A DNA stretch of 64,000 bases. Origin: Blastocladiella emersonii ATCC 22665 (taxonomy: Eukaryota; Fungi; Blastocladiomycota). The DNA lies in the NCBI GenBank assembly GCA_025594325.1, contig JANHCV010000001.1, positions 5,078,961-5,142,960 on the forward strand, given 5' to 3'. The notes below the pieces were generated by a model. The model was given only the letters and a program-made list of their open reading frames with translations. It ran no database searches and was not told where the DNA came from. Below are positions 47,271 to 58,636 of the stretch, in pieces (the first letter of the stretch is position 1; each line of letters starts with the position of its first letter). Position numbers and translations under genes: made by a program.

Positions 47271-47508
47271 GTTCATGATCAAAACAGGTTGAACTAGCCG
47301 GGCTTGCGAGATACGAGTCCGCTTGACGGATCAAAGAATCCATCACAACCCGACGCAGATTAGCGAGACGCGTTGCGCCCACGAGTGACAAAGCTGTCCA
47401 TGACCCGTCCAGCGCCACAAGCTGCTCAGCTGTCAGCCCGCAAAGCTTCTCACGCTCTCTTGCTCGCAAAAGTTATGGGCAGGACCCTCGAGCTACGAAG
47501 TCTACACC

Positions 47509-50134
47509 ATGGAACTCTCTGCAAAACTCAGGCCGTACCAGGCGGTCCTCGCCGAGCGCGCGCTGCGCGATGGCAACTACGTCGTGAGTCTGCCGACTGG
47601 TACCCCTGCTCCCGACGCAGATCTGAGAGAGAGCAGATCCTGACGTGGTTCGCTTGTGGCTAGGCATGGGCAAGACGCATATTGCGTTCGAGGTCTTCTA
47701 CCAGCTCCGCATGAAGCGTGCGCGCGAGGGCAAGCGGCCTAGCGTGACGGTCCTGTTCGCGTGCACGGCGCCGCTGTGCTCGCAGCTGTTCAACGAGTTC
47801 CGGTCGCTCGCCGACGACCGTGGCCTACCGCTTCGCGGGCTCGTGCTCACTGGGCCCGGCAAGGGCGGCAACGCAGACTTCACCAAGCTCGACCTGCTCG
47901 TCACGACGCCCGGCAAGTTCCTGGTCATGCTCGGCAAGGACGGGTTCCTCACGATCGGCGATCTTGCGCTCGCCATCTTCGACGAGGTGCACAACGGGAT
48001 CAAGGGCGACAACTACGTCGCCGTCGCCAACCAGCTGCGCCGGCACAACGAGGCCGCGCGCGCGGTCCAGCAGTTTGGCTCGGGCGCGTGCGCCATCAAG
48101 ATCCTCGGATTAAGCGGCACGCCCGTCAAGCTGCAGCAGAGTACCTCGGTCGACCCGGAAACCGTCAAGACGATGCTCGGCGGCCTGCTCGAGACGTTCG
48201 ACGACGCGCAGCTCGTCATGATCGACCCGAAAGCAGACCACGACGTGGGCGTGCTCGACAGCTACAACGACATGGAGCCCAAGATCCGCACCGAGTCCGT
48301 CTCGTACCTGCCGACGCTTGACGACCCGGACCAGCACAGCATCACGCAGGCTCTGTGGGCGCCGGTCCACGCCGCGCTGCGCCGCATCCACACGGACCAC
48401 CCGGGCCTGTTCGAGGACCTGATCCGCATGTACACGCGCACTACCGATCCGCGCGAGGAGGTCTACTTTCCGCGCACCTTCCACCCGAGTCTTCTCGCCG
48501 TGTTCGACACGCTCGGCGTGTACCAGATCCAGCGCCGCATGGAGAACCTCGCGTCCGACCTGCTGCAGAAGTCGTGGCAGTTCCCCCTGTTCTGCATCCT
48601 GTCCCCGGAGCAGCAGCAGCAGGTCGCCACGGACCTCAGCCTCGCGGCGCGGTACGCGTACGCGGTGATCTTGCAGCAGTGGATCGGCGGGATCGCGGTG
48701 CGTCACTACGTCGATTACAACGACGAGATCTTCGCGCAACCGTGGGCGTGCGCACCGCCGCGCGACTCGAGCAGTACACCGGCCTCGGAGATCATGGAGG
48801 CCGTCGTCGCGGACCCCGAGGCGACAGACATGGCCCCGCGGATGCGCAAGGTCATTGAGCTGCTCGACGCCGAGCTCGAGGGCACAGGCGACGACGAGGA
48901 CGAGTACGCCATGGTCTTTGTCAACAACGTCGACGAGGCGTTCTGGGTGTGCTACTACCTCACGACGCAGTCGCCGCACACGTCGGGCGTGCTCATTGGC
49001 CGCAACAACTCGCTCGGCCAGGCCATGGACAACTTCCCGCCCGACGTCATCAAGCGCAGCCAGTACAAGACGGCGCACCAGATGTTCGGCAAGGGCAGCC
49101 TGTACGTGCTCGTGTGCACGTCCGTCGCCGAGGAGGGGATCGACGTGCAGGCGTGCCGCGTCGTCATCAACATGACGACGGCGGCCATCAACCCGACGCG
49201 CTTCATCCAGTCGCGCGGCCGCGCGCGCAAGGAGGGCGGCATCATGTACATGCTGTGCGCGTCGGACCGCGAGCACGCGCGCATCGAGAAGGCGTCGCTC
49301 AGCAGCGAGATTGCGGCACGGTCCACGACCGAGTCGGCGAGCAGTGGCGGCGGCGCACTCGCTGTTCTCGAGGATCCCTTCTACAGCACCGTGACCTCGC
49401 ACACGACCGCTTCTTTGGCTCGGCCCACTTCCTCGCTTTCATCGTCGTCGCTTGGCATGGTGCGCTCGACGTCGCCGAACCGCGCCAACTCGGCCTCGGA
49501 GCTCACGGCTTTGGTACACGACGTCAGTCTCGGCCTGCCGCGCGGCCGTGACGACGCGGAGTCGCCGTCGTCGTCATTCACGTCATCCTCGCCGCCCCCT
49601 TCGATCTCTGCTCCCATCGCTGCCACCCGCATGCAGCCCGTCACCGAGCCTCCTTCCTCGTCATTTTCACTTCCACGATCGCCTCCACCGGCCGCGTCGA
49701 CGCGTTCTCCATCACCCTTTGACGACGACGATCTGCCGCCACCCCCGCCGCTGCCAAGCGCGCCTGCTGCGGCCGAACCCGGACCTCGTCGCTCGACGCT
49801 GCCGCTCAAGATCCCTTCGTCCATTCTCGACAACAAGGGCCGCATCATGCACCTGCTCGCGACCTACGGCGGCGTCACAAATCCGTCCGAGCTCTCGTGC
49901 TGGTATGTGGAGCGGCCAACAGCTGCACCGACTGCGATACCGCCGCTGTTTCACTGTCACGTCCGCGTCGTGTTCCCGCCGCTGCTCGCGGACGTGCTTG
50001 CACCGGTCGCGGGGAACATCCTGAAGCTTGACAGCGCGGCCGGGTGGGTTGCGAGCAAGGACGAGGCGGCGCAGGACGCGTGGGCCGACGTGTGGAAAAA
50101 GCTGAGTGATATGGGCGCTGTATTAGTGAATTAA
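47509..50134 (+). CDS. Dicer/RIG-I-like DExD/H helicase with C-terminal dsRBD/DUF283-like domain, paralog 2, about 853 aa (intron 47600-47663)
   Basis: Same motifs and same intron position (inside Walker A Gly) as paralog 1; FIQSRGRAR; C-terminal FHCHVRVVFP...SKDEAAQDAW...KLSDMG. Confidence 0.85.
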
Positions 50135-50166
50135 TGTCTAAGTGGTCGAGGGGCCGAGTGCCAGGT

Positions 50167-50235
50167 TTTGTACATGCAGTCTCGAATCAGTGAAGGCAAG
50201 CGCGTTGATCAGAGATGTGATCAGTGACGCGACGC
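50167..50235 (+). promoter_or_regulatory. Conserved non-coding block after helicase 2 (TGATCA-N6-TGATCA)
   Basis: TGATCA at 50206-50211 and 50218-50223, flanked by TTTGTACA, GAAGGC, CGCG and GACGCG as in the copy at 47201-47270. Confidence 0.45.
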
Positions 50236-50360
50236 GCGACGCGATGTTCATCTCAAACGATCGTTGGTGCTCATTCCTTCACAGCCAACGAAGAAAGGTT
50301 AGGTGTGAATGAACGAGTGTGCTATTCAACGACAACACTCTGGGGACGATGCGAGCCCGT

Positions 50361-51495
50361 TCAAGGGAGGTACGCGAAGGCGAGAAACGCCTGGCCGTCA
50401 CCGTTGGACTTGCACTTAGTGCCGGGCGCAACGTCCATGTCGACCCAGCGGCCGCGGGTGCACGAGCCGATCTTCTTGCCCTCGGCGGCGCACCGCATCT
50501 GGCCGTCCTTGCACGGCGCGTCGGGGGTCGTCGAGGTCGGGGTCGGGCGGGTCGGGGGCTTGGACTGGGTGGCGGTCGCGGTGGAGGTCTTGGTCGGCTT
50601 GGGCGCGGGCGTCACGGTGCGGGTTGGGCGGGGAGCGACGGTCGACGAGGTGCGGGTCTGGGTCGGGCGAGGAGCAGCCGACGAGGTGCGAGTGGGGCGG
50701 GGAGCGACCGCGGACGAGGAAGAGGTGGGGCGGGGAGCAGCAGTCGACGCGGACGAAGCAGGAGCGGAGGAAGTCGGCGGCTTCACGACGGGCGGCTGGC
50801 CGGTCCCACGGAAGGTAACAATGGCGCGCGGCTCGTTGAAGAACTCGCGCTTGTCGTCCGAGTTGCCCGGGAACTCGGGGAAGTGGTACTTTGCGCCGGG
50901 GATATGGGCGAGCAGCGGCTCGGGGCCCGACAGCACCGCGTTCGGGTTCGGGTTCTCGATGTTGATGTCGACGCAGTTGTTGTACAGCTCGCGGTTGCCG
51001 ACGGCGTTGTACCACAGCCACGACAGCGTGACGCCCTCGCCGGCGGGCGCGTTGGCGGGGATCTGCAGCGTGTGCTTGAAGGGGAACTCGCGGCGCAGGC
51101 ACTCGCGGATGATCGTGTCGATGACGACAAACGTCTTGTCGTTGTCGTACGACAGCGCAAACTGGCAGTGGCCGCCGTCGTGCGCGTCCTTGCGCGCGGT
51201 CCCCGTCAGCACCATGGGGATCGAGTCGCCCGCCTTGACCGTCAGCACGGGCTTCTGCTTGGAGTGGCCCTTGCACGGGTACTTGCCGAGCGGCGACGTC
51301 AGGTCGTAGTCGATGGCGTCGCCGGGGCCCGGGTTGTTGGTGGCGCGGCGCGGCGCCGGGGCTAGATTTTGCGAGAAGGTGAGTTGGTGGTCGACATGAC
51401 CAGAGTGCGGAGAGAAGCGTACTCTCGATGCGGATGTGCGCGTTGGCGGTCGACGCGAGGAGCGCGAGCAGCATGAGGATGACCGAGGTCTGCAT
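50361..51495 (-). CDS. AA11-type lytic polysaccharide monooxygenase with T/P/S linker and C-terminal CBM19-like module (one intron near 51364-51419)
   Basis: Signal peptide ending ANA followed by His1; YPCKG, AHDGGHCQ (second His), WLWYNAVGNRELYNNC (axial Tyr); C-terminal CKDGQMRC...C..G.W...PGTKC. Confidence 0.88.
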
Positions 51496-52184
51496 CTTGG
51501 GTAATGGGTGTGGAGTGTGGGGGGTGGGGTAACGACGAGAAAGTGGCGGAGGTGATGGGGAAGACGATCAACGTCTATGGTCTCGAGTCTGTCTAGCAGT
51601 CGTGCGAGGAGAGCAGGGGCCGGTCTACGGGGAAGGTGTCTCTTGAAGAAGCAGCACGAGGAGAGGGAAAGGGGGTCCGCGGCCTACTTGTAGTAGTCGC
51701 GGCCACGGTCGCGGTGCCCCGCACGGCCGGATCCCGCTCACGGTCGCAGAAACCAACGCGCACACGCCATCCAAACTTGCAGGGCAGGGCGAACCATTGC
51801 ACACGCCGTGGCGCACGTAGCACCGACGGGCCGGCGCCGGGTTCATTGTTCGAGCGCGGGGGCCGCGTTTCAAGAGCGTGTGCGACCAGCCACGGCAGGA
51901 CGTCGCGCATCGCGGTTCAAGTCATGACGGCGCCAGTGCTGAGCCACCGCGGGACGAGAAAGCTGCAGGGACGGTGCGGGTTTATTCCGCCTGTGCGTCC
52001 TGATTCGCCGTGGCCGTGCAGGACTGAGACGCGCGCAACGCGACGCTCTTCGGTTGGATTCTCCGCTTTTGGATCCGCGATGACCGAGCAGGAGAGAAGA
52101 CGCGACGCAAGCAGCCGCACAAGCGTGAGTGTGAGGGGTAGCAGCAAAGAACGTCGTCGTGTTGGATCCCCGCTCTCTCCGCGC

Positions 52185-52559
52185 TCACAGCTGGCCGTAG
52201 CGCTTCTGCACCGAGCGATACTTTTTCAGGTAGTACAGCCTACCGCGCGCATCGCGTCAGCACACGCCACGGTCCTCGGAAAGCGGGGACGTACGTCTCA
52301 ATCTCCTTCTTGACGTACTCGGCGTGCATCAGGGCGCGCTTGATGTCGTCCTCGTCCGTCAGGCCCGCGTTCTTCTGGAACGCGCCCTTGAGCTTGCGGC
52401 GGAACCACGGGAAGCCCTCGGCGTGCGGGTAGTCGCGGCCGAGGAAGAGCAGCTGCGTTGAGGGGAGTGGATCAGCGACCGAGGGACACAAGGCCGACTC
52501 GGCTCGGATCGCACCTCCTTGTACATGGTAATGACGCGCGAGCGCAGCGGGTTCGACAT
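52185..52559 (-). CDS. LYRM5: LYR-motif protein LYRM5/ETFRF1 (two introns)
   Basis: Spliced MSNPLRSRVITMYKE|LLFLGRDYP...LKGAFQKN...EYVKKEIET|LYYLKKYRSVQKRY. Confidence 0.9.
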
Positions 52560-52720
52560 GGTCTCAGTTGATGTGTTGCATGGACTTGTTGCGATACATG
52601 GGTTGCGTCAAGTGGACTGCCAGGAGGAAGAGGCGGCCGACGAGCGGCGCCGCCGATCAGCGTGGCGTCGCGAATCACACAACACGCGTTGGTCAACTGC
52701 ACGGGGACGCATGTATTCAG

Positions 52721-54230
52721 TCAGACACCGGCCCGCCACGTCGGGACTGCGCGACGGGGCAGAGCGCGCGCGCCCGAGCACACGGCGAAGCGCGAGACCG
52801 CCTCGCGCTCGGCCCGCTGTCTCGCTCCTGCGTCGGCCGATGCCCGCTGCGCCGACGCCGCCGTCGGGGCGAGCACGCGGGACGGGTCGCGGAACACGCG
52901 TCGCGACCAGCCCTCGATGTCGCGTTCGTCATCAGAGTCGCTCGAGTCGCCGCCGTCCCACTCGCGCCGCTGACCCGTGGATCCCGCGGCTTGGCGCATC
53001 TTCTCGAGCGCGAGCGACCGCCGCTGTGCAACCATGGCCTCGGACCGCGCCTTGATGCGCTCGGCCACGTCGTCGGGAACGGACGGACGTGTCGTTGTCG
53101 CCGCGACGGTACTCGGCGATGGCGATGCGCTCGTCCGCGAACCAGCAGAACGGCGGCGCTCGGCGACCAGCTTCTTGAGCCGCTCCTGCCGCTTGGCCCA
53201 CTCGCGCCGCTCGCGCTCGGCCCGCTCGTGCTCCTCGCGTGCGGCGCGCGCCTGCTCCTGCATCTCGCGCTCCTGCCGCTCGAGCCGCCACGCGAGCACC
53301 TCGGCGAGCTGCCGCTCGTGCTGCGTGCGGTCCGGCTTGTTGCGCGAGTTCGGCTGCTCGTCGTCGGCGAGTGCGTCGGACGCGTCCTTGACAATGGACG
53401 CAGACTCGCGCTGAGCAGCACGCCACGCTGTCACGGCGGTACGCCGCGCGTCGAGCAACCGGTTGTGCTCAATCCACCACGCAACGTGCTCGCGCAGCTC
53501 GGTCTCGGTGCGACCCAGCATCCCCGTGCAGCGGCGCACGAGTCCGCGCGGGAGAGGCGCTGGCTCATCATCGCCGCCGCTGCGGTCGGGCAGCCGGCCG
53601 CCGCACTGCCGCCACGCCTGCACAAACAGGTCATGCGACGTCGGGTCCCACCCGCCCGTCGACCCGTGGCGGTCGACAAAGTCCTAGATGCGATCAAGGG
53701 TCAGCGTGCGGTCGGTGCTGCTGGATCAAGGAAGGCGTGCGTTGTACGCCTTGATCTCGGGCGCCACGTTGACCTCGCTCGCGGCGACGCGCGTCCTGGT
53801 CATTCTCGACGACCCAGAAGTCGGTCGACTACCCGGCTTGAATCGCGCCGTGTCCTCGGCCACGACCGGCTGCGTCGCCCACGCGTCCATGCGCGCCGCG
53901 AATCCATCAAGCTCAACAGCGAGCCGGCGCTCGTCCATGGCGAGTTGATGCTGTCTACACACGACTTGAGTGAGAATGAATCGAGTAAATGTCCTACGCG
54001 CCATTGTACCGCTCGGCGAGGTGCGACGCGAGCTGGTGCAGCGCCGTCTCGACCGACTCGAAGAGCGGTTGGATGCGCTCGGCGGCTACGCCATCTGTCG
54101 AGTCCTGGCCGGCGCTGCTCGCGACCTTGCGGATGGCGCTGATCAGGTCCGCGAGTCGCGCGTGCAGGAGGACACGGTCGTGCTTGAACTTTGTCACTAG
54201 TGAAGTGGCGATGTGATGAGTACTGGGCAC
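52721..54230 (-). CDS. CCDC112: CCDC112-like coiled-coil protein (multi-exon; 5' end uncertain)
   Basis: TGGWDPTSHDLFVQAW and ELREHVAWW...RRTAVTAWR, followed by an E/R-rich coiled coil; upstream helical exons linked by GTAC...TAG introns. Confidence 0.6.
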
Positions 54231-55005
54231 GACTGACTAAGCTTACAAACGTACGCCCAGCAGCCTCGAGCAGTTGTGAAAACGGTGAAGGAGCTGGGAC
54301 ATCACCGTCCTGCCGGCCCTGGCACCACGACTCGAGGTCGCTCGCGACCGCCCGTTCACTACGATGTAGCCCAACGCATGAGTCAACGACAATCTACGAA
54401 AGCGAGCTTCGACAACCTACCGGACGCGCAGGGCAGACCAAGTCTCGACAGCTTGCCGTTTCTCCTTCTTGTCCGTCGAGCTGACCGAAGTCGCGACGAC
54501 GACATCCCCCTCGCCGCCACGACTGGGTGCAACTTTGACACCGAGACAAACGGTTCCATTGGCTAGCATGGTTAGAGGTGTGAGTGACGGATGCGGGCTG
54601 CCGATGCGAGGAGAGCGAGTCGACGGAGCCGGGGTGGTCAGAAACGCCGAACCGTGCGACTGTGGCGCAACGCGTCTACTGAGCCTCACGTGAGTGCGTC
54701 GCGACGCGCCGGGCTCACGCAAGTCCTCGTTCGTGTCGATTCCGGATCAACGCCGGGATCACGAGGCAGCTCTGAGACTCTTTTTTTCTTTAGCGACTCG
54801 AACGGCAAGCTTACCGATGCACCAACTGGCGAAGGAGGGACGTCACACGTCGTCGCGAAAGCGCGCGCTGACAGTGACCGACCCGCGTTCATACCTCGAT
54901 CAAACGCATTCGCGCTCAGTGCGCCGAGTGAGTTGTCACACCGGGATTAATGTTTATGAACTATCACCCTCTCTAGATTTACACTACTCGCGTGCGCCCG
55001 CCGAC

Positions 55006-56276
55006 TCAAAAGTAGCGCGGAACTTGCCGTGCCGTTGGCGAGTGCTGGCCGCCACTACCGTTGGACGACGACTCGTGCCACTGCTGCTGGACCACTGCAG
55101 GAGGGAGCTGCAACGGGTGCTGCCGCGGCGGCTGGCCATAGTGCCGATCGACCGAAGGTGGAGTTACGGAAGCCTGAGCGTACCGCAGCGACACGTCGGA
55201 CCCGCCGAGGTCAGACCGCGCGTTGTTGTGGGTGGCCTGCAGAGAGCGCTGCGAGCCGTAAGGCGGTACCGAGCCAGCGTAAGCGAGGTAGGCCTTGGCG
55301 GGGAGCCCGTTCTGCGACTGCGAACGGGAGACCTGCGACACCGGCGCCGAGATCATGCGGTTCTGGCCAGCGGTGCTCGGACCATTGCCCGTCGTGCTCC
55401 CGCTACTGTCGCCCGACACGACCGAGGCGGCGGCGCGCACCGAGTAGCTCGCGTTCTGGCACACGAGCGCGAGCAGGAACGCCTCATTGTACGGCGCTGA
55501 CCCGTACAGCGGGTCCGAGATCCCCAAGAACAGCGGGACCAGGACCACGACCAGCATGATCAGCTCGTAGATGACAAACTGCTTGGCGTTGTAGAAGGGG
55601 CGGATCGCCTTGAAGCGCGACGCAATCTGCGGGTTGGTGGCCGCGAGCGTGATGAACGACACGTCCGTGGCGAGCGCGGGCAGCGCGTAGTAGGCGACGG
55701 CGACCACGTCGCTGACCCGGTAGAACTTGTAGGTGGCCTGGTAGTAGGCCGACTTGGACACCCAGTCGCCGGCAATGTACGCGTGCAGGTGGCAAAACGA
55801 CGAGACGCCGCCGATCAGCAGGTACCCGGCCATGTACCAGTACTGGAAGCGCTTGAGCGAGCGCAGCGACCGCAGCAGCGCCGTGGCGCGCAGAAAGACC
55901 ATGAGCACGACGACGGCCGAGTTGATGCGCTTGATGACGTTGAGGCACACGGTGAGCGGGCCCCACGGGAACCAGGCGCCCGAGTAGAAGAGCCACGAGC
56001 AGACGCAGTACAGGAAGCCGAGGTCGATGATGGCGGCGACCATGCACGAGAGGATAATGGCCTTTTGCACGCCGCGGCCGGCGTAGCGCTGCCAGACGCA
56101 GTTGATTCTGTGGACGGTGACGTGAGTTTGCGTGTCTTGGGTCGTGGAGGGAGCATAGCGTACGTGTTGAGGTTGGTCATGAGCGACGGAAGGCAGGTGA
56201 TGAGGGCCGAGAGCCGGCTCACGAACAGGATCGGGTCGACGACGCCGAACGCGATTGTTGTTGCTGCTGGTGGCAT
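55006..56276 (-). CDS. Orphan 7TM GPCR-like membrane protein, paralog A (one intron near 56108-56161)
   Basis: Seven hydrophobic segments, VFLRATA after TM3, S/Q/P-rich cytoplasmic tail; clear paralog of 56826-58076. Confidence 0.65.
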
Positions 56277-56825
56277 GGTGTCTGTCTAGCGTAGTGTGTA
56301 GTCGCGCGATACGAGAGGGAAGGGGGGAGGCAATGCCGAAGCTAAGTAGCGCTCGCTTCAGATCGTCGACCGACCTCGGCAAGAACACGCGCTGTCGCGT
56401 TGCGCACCGACCCGACCACTGACGGCGCTTCCCTCTTTCCTCGCTTGACTTGATCATCCGCCAGTGGGCCCGGTGGGGCAAGCAGGCATGAGCACGCTCG
56501 GCTCGCGAGGCATCGCGCATCGCATCACTCGCTCGCCGAGAGTCGGGTGCGTCCGTATCCGCGAGCAGAAAACGTGTTCTCAGCGACGGCCTGCGGGCCA
56601 CGTTTCGCTGGAGCGCGCTGCGCCACCCACCATCGTGGCAGCCGTCGTTCTCTCGCCCGGACGCCACAGGCGGGAACGGCACTGGCACGCTGGTCCGAGC
56701 GGCCCACCTAAGCCTTCTCTCGCTCCCTCCCGTAGTGATGATGCCCAAGGGAGCACAGAGTAGCTGCAATGAACAGAATCATGTATCAATCAGTCTATGG
56801 TGGGGATGGAATTTTACGGTGGAGT

Positions 56826-58076
56826 CTAAAAGTTGACGCCGCGGGTCTGCGGCGGCTGTGGTGACGCGCGGTACTGCGACGGCGAGGACTGCTGGCCGTA
56901 CTGCGGCGGCGAGTACACGGCGGGACCGTTGGGCGTGCGGGTGCGCGGCGGCGGCGACATCATCTCGGCCAGCGGGATGACGGCGCCAACACTCGCTTTC
57001 TCGTTGATGCTCGACGTCACGAGAGTCGATGCGCCCGTGCCGTGGCTGCCCGGGAGACCAGGGTGCGAGTGCCCGACCTGCGACTGCCCGCCGACAAAGC
57101 TCGTGGCGTGGCTCGGCTTCGGGTTCGAGCTGCTGCCCGTCGTGTCGCCGGGCACGATCACCGTGGCCTTGACCGAGTAGCTCGCGTTGAGCGTGATCAG
57201 GGCGAGCAGGAACTGCTCGTTGTACGGCGCACTCGCCACCTCCGGGTTGGTGATCCCCAGGAACAGCGGGACCAGCACCACGGCCAGCATCACGCACTCA
57301 AGCGCCACGTACACGTTGATGTTGTAAAACTGCTTGATCGTCTCGAAGCGGCGGCTGAGGTGCGGATTCGCGCGCGTCATGAGCATGAACGACACGTCCG
57401 TGTAGATGGCGAGCGAGGCGTACTGCAGCACGCAGCACACGTTGGCGACGCGGTACGCCATGTAGGTCGGCGTGTGCCACGCGCGCTCGCTCGACCACCC
57501 GTTGGTCGCGTACGAAAAGATGTGCAGGCCCATGGTTAGCGTCGAGAAGACCATGTAGACGAGCGTGAACCACTTGGCGTGCGCCTTCCACCGCTGCGCC
57601 GTCGGCACGATGGCCGTGAACCGCAGGAACACGAGGTGCACGCTGACAAACGAGTGGACGCGCTTGAGCACGTTGAGCGCGACCGTGACCATGGACCACG
57701 CCGGCCACGCCGGGTCGAGGATCCACGACGTCATGGCGAACAGGATCATGGCGTCGACGACGAGGCTGAGCGCAGCGCTGGCCAGGATCGCCTTTTGGAT
57801 GGTGCGCCCGCGGAAGTTGCACAGGATGCAGTTGATGTTGTTGATGGTGAGCATCACGGACGGGAACACGGTGAGCAGGCCGGCGATGCGGCTGAAGACG
57901 AGCGCCTTGGACGCGGTCGCGGCGGTCGCGGCCTCTTCGAGGAGCGACCCACTTGCTGCTGCGGAGGCGGTGGCCGTTGCCTTGGCGATGGCGCTGCTCG
58001 TCGAGGTGGCCGTCATGGTGGCCTTGGTGGCTGCCGCTGCCGCGGCGGATACGGTGGACGTCGGTGCAGCGGGCAT
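56826..58076 (-). CDS. Orphan 7TM GPCR-like membrane protein, paralog B (intronless)
   Basis: A/T/S-rich N-terminus, seven hydrophobic segments, shared motifs KAIL.S, KR..S, VFLR.TA, TDVSF, VVLVPLFLGI, SAPYNE.FLLAL, NASYSV. Confidence 0.65.
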   Translation of the reverse strand: MPAAPTSTVSAAAAAATKATMTATSTSSAIAKATATASAAASGSLLEEAATAATASKALVFSRIAGLLTVFPSVMLTINNINCILCNFRGRTIQKAILASAALSLVVDAMILFAMTSWILDPAWPAWSMVTVALNVLKRVHSFVSVHLVFLRFTAIVPTAQRWKAHAKWFTLVYMVFSTLTMGLHIFSYATNGWSSERAWHTPTYMAYRVANVCCVLQYASLAIYTDVSFMLMTRANPHLSRRFETIKQFYNINVYVALECVMLAVVLVPLFLGITNPEVASAPYNEQFLLALITLNASYSVKATVIVPGDTTGSSSNPKPSHATSFVGGQSQVGHSHPGLPGSHGTGASTLVTSSINEKASVGAVIPLAEMMSPPPRTRTPNGPAVYSPPQYGQQSSPSQYRASPQPPQTRGVNF

Positions 58077-58636
58077 CGTTGGTCGGTGGTGGCTCGGTAG
58101 TGTCGCTTGTGACCGAGTGACCCGTGAGTGATGAAGGCGAGTGGAGTAGAGATGAAGGAGAGAGCCAGGGCCCGCCGTGCGATGGGCAGGGCCGACCAGG
58201 CCACAACGGACGGTTCGACCACCATGGTCGCTGCCGCCGATGACCCGGTGCTCTCCGACTCGACAGGTGATGCTTGACCTCTTTCACTCACCCTCGCGCG
58301 CCGGCCCTTGTTCTGGCGGCGAGCGTGCGGCGCAGCCCAGCCCGTGGCTTGTTGGCTTCTTCTCCTGCGCGCGGACCCATGCATCATCCAATCATCGCGC
58401 AAGCGCGGCCTTGACCTTGACCGCTGGGCGCGCGGGCGCCCTTGAGCCGGTCAGAGGCGCCGCCAGCTGTGGGCGCCGCCGCCTATCGTCGCAGCAAACG
58501 GCCGCGCGCTCGTCGGTCCTACCACTTCTCCTCTCCCTCAAACTTGTCTCCGAGTCAAATGGATCCCTTGTTGATTGATGGATGTACACGATGCGATAGT
58601 CGAGAGAGACAGTTGCTCCACGACGCCGCCAAAACC

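Noticed and set aside
43654-50134. Helicases as Mph1/FANCM or as complete Dicers
   Set aside because: Motif VI is QxRGRAR rather than QRxGRTGR; no PAZ or RNase III signature is present and there is no sequence space for them before the next genes.
55006-58076. 7TM pair as rhodopsins
   Set aside because: No conserved retinal-binding Lys in TM7 and no type-1 or type-2 opsin motifs.
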